A DNA stretch of 64,000 nucleotides from Eledone cirrhosa. Lineage: Eukaryota. The stretch spans positions 325,562,001-325,626,000 of the forward strand of contig OZ024740.1 of the NCBI GenBank assembly GCA_964016885.1. The letters are read 5' to 3'. Every line of letters begins with the position of its first letter. The first letter of the stretch is position 1. Position numbers and translations under genes: made by a program. The notes under the pieces are model-generated. The model was not told the DNA's origin. It made no database searches and saw only the letters and a program-made list of their open reading frames with translations. Shown in pieces: positions 53,575 through 64,000 of the stretch.

Positions 53575-54978
53575 GATTTCTTTATTAGCCACAAGGGCGC
53601 AACAAGAAAGGGGACAATACAAAGACATGCCGGGGATTTTACATACAGTCGTGTAAAAAATATAAAAACAAACAATTTCAACAATCGAAATCCCCAATAG
53701 GGGGGAGGCGCCACAAATGGGTTGTTTAATACCCCGTCGATAGAACAACCCTCAACTCAAGGAGCGTGTTGTGCAAGTGCTCCTTTCTTCCTTTTGCTCT
53801 CTTCCTCAACCTACAGGCTTATAAACAGAGAAGGCCCAATCACTCGGGCCATTTTCGCTTCATTCACCCACCTTTCAGTAAATTTACTGGGGTGCAGTGC
53901 CTCTCTCTCCACCCTGATTCTCCTTCTAAAGTGATACTTAAAGAATGGAATCAATTGTTGTCCGGAGAGAAAGGCATCTGTCCTCAGTCCTCTCAACCTC
54001 GTCCACCATATAACTTCTTTCACCATAGCCACCGTACAGAGGAAAACCGCCTCTTTCGTTTTTGAAAGAGTCTGGCGGTTTGATCCTTACTATGGATTCG
54101 GCAGTCAACTGTATTTGTCCCATACGCGACAGCAGTTGTTCTGCATAGTTCCACAGGTCGCTTACGCCCGGGCAGTGTACAATTGCGTGCAGAACTGTTT
54201 CAATGTCCTGCGCACATCTTGGACACGTCCTCTTGGAAGGATCCCTGCCAGGGCGTCCGTGCCTGTAGATCTTGTCACGAACCGGTAGAGCTCCTCGGTA
54301 GCACTGCCAGGCCAGGGACCTCTGGAAGTTGTCCATAGGTCCCGGGCGGAAAGTCCTACCAAACATACTGGTGAGCTCATCGTCTTCGACGCCCAGAGTC
54401 TCTCCGAGCACGTCGTCGCCCTTGTAACGTACAATCCCTCTATAGAATGTCGAAGTGGAGTATCCACTGATTGCTGCGCCCGCTTGCCAGAGGACTGTGA
54501 GCGCCTGAGCGCATTCAATGTGCCAGGCGCCCATCGTTTTCGGTCTTTTCTTCACCCAGGACTGCAGCTCCGTTAGCGAGACGAGCTGTGGGAAAGCCTG
54601 TCTCACAAACGGTGCCCACACCGGTTGGGGGTCGGTGAGGAATACCTGGAGATGCCGCAGCCTCAGCGCATGTTTGCGCATCATCAGCCACGGCATTCCC
54701 AGCCCTCCGTTGGAAGGGTGCTGACAGCAGACGGATCTCCTCACCAGCGGAGCCTGCTTCTTCCACAGAAACTGGAAGAGCATGCGTTCCATCTTGGCGA
54801 GGTGTTCACGGGGACAAGGCACGACAGTCAAGCGGTAGTAGATGACGGACGCTATGAAAGTGTTCGCCACCTCCGCTCGACCTTTCAAGGACAGTTTGCA
54901 CTCTGCCCACTTCTGAGTGAGTGCAAACACCTTGGCCGTGACCTCGTTCCAGTTTTTCTCCACCTGGAGGTCTGGATA
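53575..54978 (-). mobile_element. 5'-truncated Tx1 LINE with a 14-bp TSD
   Basis: ORF 53938-54963 plus a frameshifted C-terminus; TSD ATATAAATTATATT at 53561-53574 and 54979-54992. Confidence 0.92.
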
Positions 54979-55378
54979 ATATAAATTATATTATTGGTTT
55001 ACACCTGGAGTCATACGACGTCTTTGTCTTAGTAAAGATATTACAACATACATGGGACATCACATTATCTCTTATCCACGTATCTACAGGTATTTTGTAT
55101 ATGATAATTTAGAATGATTTATTAATAAGCGAACATATTTATAATTAATTTTGGTTGATAATGATTAAAAAATGATTGTAATTGGTTGAAATAACTAATT
55201 GATTTATATGAATATATAAAAATAGTTATTATATACACAAAAGTTATCAAATGTATTTGTATATAAAATGTTAAACTAAGACTGAATTTCACTCTGATAA
55301 ATACATAAACAAGATACGTATATATTTGAGAGGTAAAATATGTTGAGAGAAATATAAGAATTACATAAAATAAAAGTT

Positions 55379-55491
55379 TGTCAGAAGTGGGATTCGAACC
55401 CACGCCCACATTAGTGGACCAGAATACTCTATGTTCTGGATAAGGTATTACACCTTGAGTCTGGCGCCTTGGACCGCTCGGCCATCCTGAC
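55379..55491 (-). tRNA. tRNA-Leu-CAA: tRNA-Leu(CAA) with 29-nt intron
   Basis: GTCAGGATGGCCGAGCGGTCCAAGGCGCCAGACTCAAG-intron-TTCTGGTCCACTAATGTGGGCGTGGGTTCGAATCCCACTTCTGACA, followed by TTTT. Confidence 0.92.
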
Positions 55492-56464
55492 AACTGGTGC
55501 ACAGCGTTATATTTCGAAGACCTATGAACATAAACATCAACTACTGGCAGTGTGTAAAATTGACACTATACTGTATGGTGTAGAACAAAGATTATCAACC
55601 CATTTCGGCCAAACGCCCCCTTTTGCCCCTCAGAATCACGAAACGCCCCCCACCCTATTTTTCCATTTTTCAATATACTACTGATTTTAATATCAGTAGA
55701 TTACTGGGCCAAATCAAGTTATGTTAGAATCTTTAAAAAGATCTTTAAAAAATACTCTTACGAATTATATACAAAAAAGTTTCAGTCCAAAACAAAAGCA
55801 AGCTATTTCAAATTATATATTTTTAAAAAAAAGCTCTTTTTTTTTAATTCTATATTTCACTGTTAGCTGTTGTAATATTTTGAGTGGATAGACAATTCTA
55901 CAATTCAAACTGTAAAGTCAAAATACAAAAGATGCAAAATATGAAGAAATTCTTACCTTTCTCTTGAATCACAAACTCAAGGGGAAAATAGTACGTTGCA
56001 AAATAAAGTGCCTCGATCACAAACTAAGTTGCAACGAATGAATTGAGATGCTTGGTGACAGTGAACAAACAATATCTGTATCCCTTATATATATATACAT
56101 AGATAGATACACACACACACAGACATACACGCGCGCGCACACTAACACACACACACACACACACGCGCACACACAAACACACAAACACACAAACAAACTT
56201 GTGTGTGTGTCTGTGTGTGCCTTGTTTTTGGTACAGAGAGAATTTTGTCTCCAGTTTTTATTGCCGAGTCAAAGGCCACTGCTCTTTTCAACAACGTCAA
56301 ATAACAGCGATAGAAATCTGAAAACTTTTATGACCTCAACTAAAACTAATAGCAGTCGCCATGTCTCTGACTGACTGGTGTGTCTCCATATGAGGGAATG
56401 AATTCTGTGAGAGACCATCGTTATTTTTTCTCCCTCATATCAAGAATTTGAAGACAATTCATTT

Positions 56465-56538
56465 TCACCTGATGAGATCAGTGATAATCAATCATGGCTT
56501 CACAATCGATCTATCTCTTATTGAAACATGTGTCGTGA
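56465..56538 (+). ncRNA. Type I hammerhead ribozyme-like motif with long loop II
   Basis: UCAC-CUGAUGA-GAU...AUU-GAAAC-AUGU-GUC-GUGA; a ~45-nt tail then (TA)n. Confidence 0.7.
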
Positions 56539-56823
56539 TTAAATGATTGGAATTTTACCTTGCCTTCGGATTTTCATTTTGATATATATATATATATATA
56601 TATATACAGAGAGAGAGAGAGAGACAGAGAGAGGGAGATACAGAGAGAGTAAGAAATGTGTGTGTGTGTGTGTGTGTGTGTTTGGTACACGTCTATCTAT
56701 CTATCTATCTCTGCAACAGGGGGTTCAAACATGCGAACCCGCGAACGTGGTAGAACCAATATTTCAGATTCCATTATAACTGGTGAAAATAAGGTGCTCA
56801 GCTAGTGGAATCGTTATCACATC

Positions 56824-56980
56824 TGGCGAAATGCTTAGCGTTACTTCTTCCGTTTTTACGTTCCGAGTTCAAATTTCGCCGATCTCAACTTTGCCTTTCA
56901 TCCTTTTAGGGTCGATAAATTAAGTACCAGTTGTGATCTGGGATTGATGTAATCGACGGGACCCTAAACCCTAAATTTAG
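56824..56980 (+). mobile_element. SINE with Meta/MESC-like core
   Basis: GAGTTCAAAT B-box; GCCTTTCATCCTTTTAGGGTCGATAAATTAAGTACCAG. Confidence 0.7.
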
Positions 56981-57078
56981 TTTCGGTCTATAAAACCCAC
57001 TCACAGGGCTTTGGTCGGCCCGAGCAGTGGGACTGAACCCGGAAACATGTGGTTGGGAAGCAAGCTTCTTGTTACACT

Positions 57079-57154
<76 letters not shown>

Positions 57155-57269
57155 GTTAACTATTTTTCCCATTTTGACGCTATAGTCACTTATATATTAT
57201 GGAATACTGTTGGCTTTTTGCTACAATATTTTCTATACCTTTCATTTATATATATATATATATATAGTA

Positions 57270-58457
57270 ATAATAATAAAATTGAAGACTAAAATCCAAA
57301 GAGGGCTCGATAAGGAAAATATATATCAAATATATCAGAACCGTAGAGCAAATATTTATTAAAATAACAGATTATAGTTTAAGCAAAGAATCGCTGCTTT
57401 CACCCTTAACGGGATCTTCTGAAACTAACAAAGTCAATCTGTAAACGCAGAACTGGATATTTCAAAAAACGATCTATACGTGGATATTTTACGTCTTGAT
57501 GTGGGAGCTAAGTATATGTTTTGTTTATTCCTTTACTTATTTGCATAGGTAAGTATATATTACCCGTATGTTTTGTGAAGGTATGTATACCTTCTCGTAC
57601 GTATATTTGACTGTTATGGCGTATAATTTTTACATATTCTGGTATTTAGGGTTTGGCTATGTGTATACGGGAGTTTTGCGTCTGCGTGAATATGCAGGTT
57701 CGTACGTATGGTGGGTGTGTGTATATGTGTACTTCTTGTTTTAGTTGACTTACGTCTCCGAACATTCGTGTATTTATTTGTAGGTATGTGTGTGCGCTTG
57801 TTATATACGTATTTATTTACTTATATACGTTTATATAATTATTTATTTATTTGTACACAAGCATACACACACACACATATTTATATGTGCGTGGTTTTGT
57901 ATACCTATGGTAAGGTTTTGCGTATGCTTGTGTATGTACGTATCTGTTTGCGTGTATGTATTTATTTGTTTCTATTACTTCTGTATTGTATTTATTTACT
58001 TTGTTCTTAACTCTGTAGCGGAGATTCATTTGGTCTCCTAGTTAGAATTTTAGTCTACAACTTCTGCTATACCATTTACGTGGTTTTGTCTTTGCGTGCT
58101 ATTGTTCTCCACGCTCCACATATGACTTATTATCTTCGTTTTTTCGTTCATTGCCAGAGAACGTCTCTATGCACCACCTAAGAGAACATTAGTCTACGAC
58201 CTCTTTTATACCATAAACGTGGTTCTGTCTTTGCGTGTAATTGTTTTTCACCGCTCCTATTAATGACGTATTATTCGTTTTTTCCCGTTCTTTGCCAGCG
58301 AACGTTTCCACGAACCAAAGTATCGTCTTCCTGTCTTCCTCCGGTTAAAACGTTTTTTGAAATATCCAGTTCTGCGTTTACAGATTGACTTTGTTAGTTT
58401 CAGAAGATCCCGTTAAGGGTGAAAGCAGCGATTCTTTGCTTAAACTATAATCTGTTA

Positions 58458-58465
<8 letters not shown>
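57270..58465 (-). mobile_element. Non-coding PLE-like element (family E): ~115-bp inverted terminal repeats, tail and ~870-bp spacer
   Basis: 57358-57471 is inverted at 58351-58464; contains CAGAAGA-U-CCC-GUUAA-GGG-U-GAAA; a ~140-bp tandem pair at 58050-58330 is also seen at 60870-61025. Confidence 0.7.
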
Positions 58466-58529
<64 letters not shown>

Positions 58530-58532
58530 TAT

Positions 58533-58728
58533 ATAACAAAGGAATTGTGGCAAGGAACCAGATGGACCATAACGCACCAGAGTACTCAATACTTAGGGTA
58601 GAAGAGTGGGAAATAGGAAAAAGTATGACCCCGACGGCAGAGCTCAAGCCGTTTCGACGGCTATTTCTGGACAGAAATAGCCGTCGAAACGGCTTGAGCT
58701 CTGCCGTCGAGGTCATACTTTTTCCTAT
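58533..58728. mobile_element. Fold-back mini-element, family A (divergent subfamily)
   Basis: Arms ~58613-58669 and 58672-58727; both arms share the diagnostic substitutions. Confidence 0.8.
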
Positions 58729-58760
58729 ATATATATATATATATATATGTAATTATGTAT

Positions 58761-58879
<119 letters not shown>

Positions 58880-59064
58880 CAAATCTAATATATATTTGTG
58901 AAATGAGTGGTGGTTGAAATTCAGATGTGAGCGGTTAAATGGTAGTAGACGTGGTCGGACGGACATGAAAATTTACACACCTATGTAAAAAGTGCCAAGG
59001 AAGCAAATAGAGGTTTCAAATTTCTAACTTGATAAGTGTGGTCCCTAGGGCCCCCAAACTGTCT

Positions 59065-60872
59065 ATTTACTATCGCGTTCGGTGAGTTATTTCCCTCTGT
59101 TCTAATACTTGGATGAGTTATTTACAATTTCACGTTCTTTCACTGTTAACATACAGTACCAATAATTTGAAAAATATTATTGAAAGTTTATTATAAAGAA
59201 GCAGTTTCAGGAAAAAAAATAGAAATATGCACTTGGGGCTCGACGGCGTACAGTGAGAAGTGGAGCGACGTGAAAAGCGCTGTTTATTAACAGCGAAATA
59301 GCAATGTCAATGATATGCAAGTTTGAAAATGCAGATTAATAAACTGTTGCCTTCTACAGTACGTTTTCATTTTCACAGTACCGTTTTATGAAATCGATTC
59401 TGCAGTACGGTCACTGTTTTCCATCAAAAGAAATAAACCCTTAAATTGCGAAGAAGGGACGCGTGTTTTTATTTTAATTCTAATACATATTAACCACCAC
59501 TAACAGTAAGTAGTATTTTTCAAATTGCATATCATCGACATTGCTATTTCGCTGCTAATAAACAACGCTTTTCACGTCGCTCCACTTCTCATTGTACGCC
59601 GTCCAGCCCCAAGTGCATACTTGGGGCTGGATGGCGTACAATGAGAAGTGGATTACAATTTCATACAAATTTTTAAACTCATCAACGTTCTTTCGCTGTT
59701 AACATACAGTACCAATAATTTGAAAAATATTATTGAAAGTTTATTATAAAGAAGCAGTTTCAGGAAAAAAAATAGAAATATGCACTTGGGGCTGGACGGC
59801 GTACAATGAGAAGTGGAGCGACGTGAAAAGCGTTGTTTATTAACAGCGAAATAGCAATGTCGATGATATGCAAGTTTGAAAATGCAGATTAATAAACTGT
59901 TGCCTTCTACAGTACGTTTCATTTTCATTTTTCAATTATAGTTGCTGTATATTAAATTTAAATACTTCTATAACGATCATACAGTACCGTAAATAAAACT
60001 CTTACATTGCGAACCCCCTGTTCTAATACTGGGGTTAGTTATTTCCCCCTCTTCTAATAAACGTCTAATTGAATTATTTCCCCCTGTTCTACTACTTTCA
60101 ATATTCATTGTCTTAATTACAATTTCATACACATTTTTAAACTCATCAATTTCTTTCGCTGCGTTCTTTCGCTGCGTTCTTTCGCAGCGTTCTTTTGCTG
60201 TTAACATACAGTACCGTTTTATGAAATCAATTCTGCAATACCATTTTACGAAATGCCAAACCGAAAACGGTCACTGTTTTCCATCAAAAGATATAAAACC
60301 CTTAAATTTCGAAGAAGGGAGTCATGTTCTCAAGTACTTTTTTTCAGATATCATTTTCATTTTAATTCTAATACATATTAACCACCACTAACAGTAAGTA
60401 GTATTTTTCAATTCATTGTCTTATTTAAAAAAACATATCAAAGACAACGTTATTTCGCTGTTAATAAATTGTTGGCTTCTACAGTACGTTTCATTTTCAT
60501 TTTTAAATTACAATTGCTCTATATTAAATTCAAATAATTCTATAACGATCATACAGTACTGTTTTGTGAAATCGATTCTGCAGTAGAATTTTACGAAATG
60601 CCAAACCAAAAAAGGTAAGTGTTTTCTAACTAAAGAAATAAAACCCTTACATTGCGAACCCCCTGTTCTGATACTGGGGCTAGTTATTTCCCCCTCTTCT
60701 AATAAACATCTAATATATAGAGGCCCCTCTTGCTGACCAGGGCAATCAAAGTGTAAACTATCATACAGTACCGTTTTATGAAATCAATTCTGCAGTACCA
60801 TTTTACGAAATGCCAAACCGAAAACGGTCACTGTTTTCCATCAAAAGAAATAAAACCCTTAAATTGCGAAGA
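59065..60872. repeat. Patchwork of direct and inverted duplications of a DNA-transposon-like repeat
   Basis: 59135-59378 repeats at 59686-59928; hairpin at 59581-59651; the block beginning CAGTACCGTTTTATGAAATC recurs at ~59376, 60209, 60555 and 60766. Confidence 0.8.
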
Positions 60873-61026
60873 GAACAGGAAGACGATATTTTGGTTCGTG
60901 AAGACGTTCCCTGGCAATGAACGGGAAAAAAGCGAGGATAATAAATCGTTATGTGGAGCGTGAAGAACAATTTCATGCAAAGACAAAACCAAGTTTATGG
61001 TATAAATGGAGTCGTTAGACTAATAT

Positions 61027-61197
61027 TCTATTTAAAATAACAGAATGATTTCCAGCCCCGGAGTTTAAGAATGATGTAAATAAAATTGAAAACGAAAATG
61101 ACAGAGGTTATTAAAATAGTAAAAGTAAATAGTGAAGATTTAGGCCAGTACATATGTATGCCCCGACGGACATACACATACATACGCACACACAAAT

Positions 61198-61279
<82 letters not shown>

Positions 61280-61736
61280 ACGCACGCGCGTATGTATAAA
61301 CCTTATGCATTTCTACAGTATTTTCACCAAACTTAAGACATAGGTTACTTATTTACTCCGGATGGTCATGGGCACTGTCATTTTTCCAGATATTGATTAA
61401 AGGACCCCCGGGCAGATAACCCCTTTAACCCCTTTAACCACTTCCTTGGAGTCGACTGAAGCACTGCAGTGCAATGCAACAAAACGTCATAACTTCTGGA
61501 GTTCGCAACCGATTTTCACAAAACTTGACACATGGGCTACGTTTGTCCTACAGATGAATGTGAACTCACAGAATTGGCACATATTCGGTAGGGGACCCCT
61601 GGGGGCAGGAACCCCCTTTTGGAAAAAGCGGATGATTTTGTAAAAGTATAGTTTTCGAAGCAGCACTGAAGTATTGACATAAATGGTATACACAACTGCT
61701 ATTTAATATCCGAGCAACGCCGGGTACCTCTGCTAG
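61027..61736 (+). mobile_element. Helitron-like non-autonomous element; 5' limit approximate
   Basis: Internal ACCGATTTTCACAAAACTTG; 3' hairpin CCGAGCAACGCCGG followed by CTAG|T. Confidence 0.6.
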
Positions 61737-61921
61737 TTAACAATAAAAAGAACAAAGTCAAGTTATTTTATAACTTTGTTTTTATTTTTATTGTTAATTT
61801 AATACCTAATATCTGACTGTATCTAAAGAATTAATTCAGCGAAATACAGAACTTCTCTATGGATTTTACAAGATTAGATTGAGTTATAAGTTCTATCCAG
61901 AGGTAGACTATACTGAAAAAA

Positions 61922-62018
<97 letters not shown>

Positions 62019-62028
62019 TGTGTGTGTG

Positions 62029-62157
<129 letters not shown>

Positions 62158-62209
62158 TCTACATACATACATACATTTACCTATGTATATAGCTATGCAT
62201 TTATACATT

Positions 62210-62278
<69 letters not shown>

Positions 62279-62284
62279 ACATGT

Positions 62285-63000
62285 TGTTATACTTTGGGAG
62301 GGTCATGTTGCCAATAAGAAACACACGCACCTGTTGCTTTCACTTCAATTTATTATAATAAATTTAGAAATTTAAATTTAGAAATTTTTTCCGGCTGGCT
62401 GGTTGGTTCCACAATCAGATGGTTGTTTATATATTGTCAAAGTTCTTTCGTCACACATTGTGTGACCTCTTCAGTGACTGGGGGTTCTTTTCTTTGTTTT
62501 TTTTGTGCCTCTCCTTTGCTCTGTCCTACGCCATCTTGTTTTTGTGTGTGTTGTGTGCTTAGTTTGCGCATGTGTTACATCCGGGTGTCTGTGTGTGTTT
62601 ATATTCGTTTATTTATTTGTTTATTTACATGTTACTGGTTGGTTGTTTGTTCTATGTGCGTGTGTGTTTTCATTTTGTCCTTAATTGTAAGTTGTGATGT
62701 TGCTGTTCCACTCATGTTTTCTATTTAATTTTGGTTGTAATTCATTTATGTTTATTGCCTCTGTGATTTGTCTAAACATTGCGTCTTTTCTGTGTGTAGA
62801 TTCTATTTTTATTTCTATGTTCTCTAATTTACCCTTGTGTTCTATTTTAGCATGTTGGTAGAGTACAGATGATTCTTTACTATCTTGAAGGTCTCGCCAG
62901 TGTTCATTTATCCGTTCCTCTATACTACGAGCTGTCTCACCTATGTACACTATATTTTTATCTCTACTTTGTCCTTCAGTACATCTTATGCTATATACTG
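62285..63000 (-). mobile_element. Inverted 3' end (GIY-YIG C-terminus, 3' UTR, hammerhead 62436-62478) of a second PLE copy
   Basis: VYSIRC...YIGETARS...HEWNSNITTYN, near-identical to 10117-10646. Confidence 0.92.
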
Positions 63001-64000
63001 ACGTCGCAGGTCGATGAACAAACAGAAGCACAATTTAGTATAGCTAGATCTAAACTTAGAAATATTATAGAACAGTATAGCAAGAAGCATAATAGAATGG
63101 AGGCCCAGCAACTGGGAGAAAAATATGCAAATGGCATGCGTAAGCTCTTGCAGTGCTCGCGTAATGGAGAGATAGCATGCTTTCCAACAGACAAGTCTGG
63201 CAGAATGTCGGTTGACAGTCTGTCAAACTACATCCAGGCAATGCAACCCCACATCACTAACACAAGAGAAGTAATACCACAAGAGCATGAGGATAGAGAA
63301 AAAGCCCTCAATGCCCATATGGTGATGTGGACAAATATAATGCAGCCAAACAAAAGGACTGCCAACAACTTCCAGGCCTGGAACAATGACGTGCCAGCGT
63401 TGTATGGGCTTCGAAAAGACCATAAAACGAGCAGTGACCCTGTCACGGGACCACCAACACCGCCAGTCTGTGGAGCTAACATTGCTAGTAACTACAGACT
63501 TTCCTATTCCTCTCCCTGATCATACGCCCCATCATTGAAATGTCCCCAGATGTATGTGACAGCACGGAGGACCTCCTCAGCAGAACGGCGAGAGTAACAG
63601 ATCTAGGGACCTAACAAACTGCATAATAGGTAGTATGGATGTTGTGTCCCTGTATCCATCTATTGACGCGGATTTTGCTGTTGAGAAATGCGTAGAAATG
63701 ATCAGTGAGAGGAATGTTGAATTCTGTGGGATTGATACCAGTGAGCTGGGACTCCTACCTAAACTTACCTATAGTAATAATTATCTAGACACATATGACC
63801 TTAGCAACCTGTGGCCTACAAGACCAGCAAGAGGCAGACCACCTACCATTAGCTCAATGGCCAAGAAAGCCCACACAGATAGATGGAACGGGTGGACCAG
63901 AGCCATACGGACCCCCGAAAACCACGATGAACTAAAGAAAATGATTGCACATGCGGTGGAGGCCAGCATTAAATTAACCCTTAAGGAACATATGTTCAAA
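63001..64000 (+). pseudogene. 5'-truncated PLE RT, frameshifted; continues beyond the window
   Basis: Colinear with 8143-9141; 1-nt deletions near 63508 and 63586. Confidence 0.92.

Noticed and set aside
53575-54978. Tx1 as a tRNA-array-specific (Dewa-like) element
   Set aside because: The same subfamily at 30724-31246 and all other copies sit in microsatellites; one tRNA-proximal copy is insufficient.
55586-56760. hAT-like starts at ~55586 and ~56717
   Set aside because: Only one degenerate end is visible for each, with no matching TIR or TSD.

Overview
This is AT-rich, microsatellite-saturated animal DNA. The SINE and repeat content suggests an octopus-like cephalopod, which is an inference. 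No host protein-coding gene is supportable, and almost all listed ORFs are translated microsatellites. Real coding content is retroelement-derived: two Penelope-like elements (PLE; RT plus C-terminal GIY-YIG), seven Tx1/L1-clade LINE copies, an R4/Dong-like RLE fragment, an RTE fragment, non-autonomous RTE derivatives and a deleted mariner. There are also SINEs and hAT-, piggyBac- and Helitron-like non-autonomous elements. Three intron-containing tRNA-Leu genes (two CAA, one switched to TAA) and three tRNA pseudogenes are present; four of the six lie in a ~5.7 kb imperfect palindrome. The most striking unexplained signal is about 20 type-I hammerhead-ribozyme-like motifs from about 9 unrelated sequence families. 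Most sit in small fold-back (palindrome plus one-sided tail) elements inserted in (TA)n tracts. They show covarying stems, palindromic loop III, a U3-A8 core variant and a recurrent U.U-closed stem II. All structures were read by eye and none was computed.
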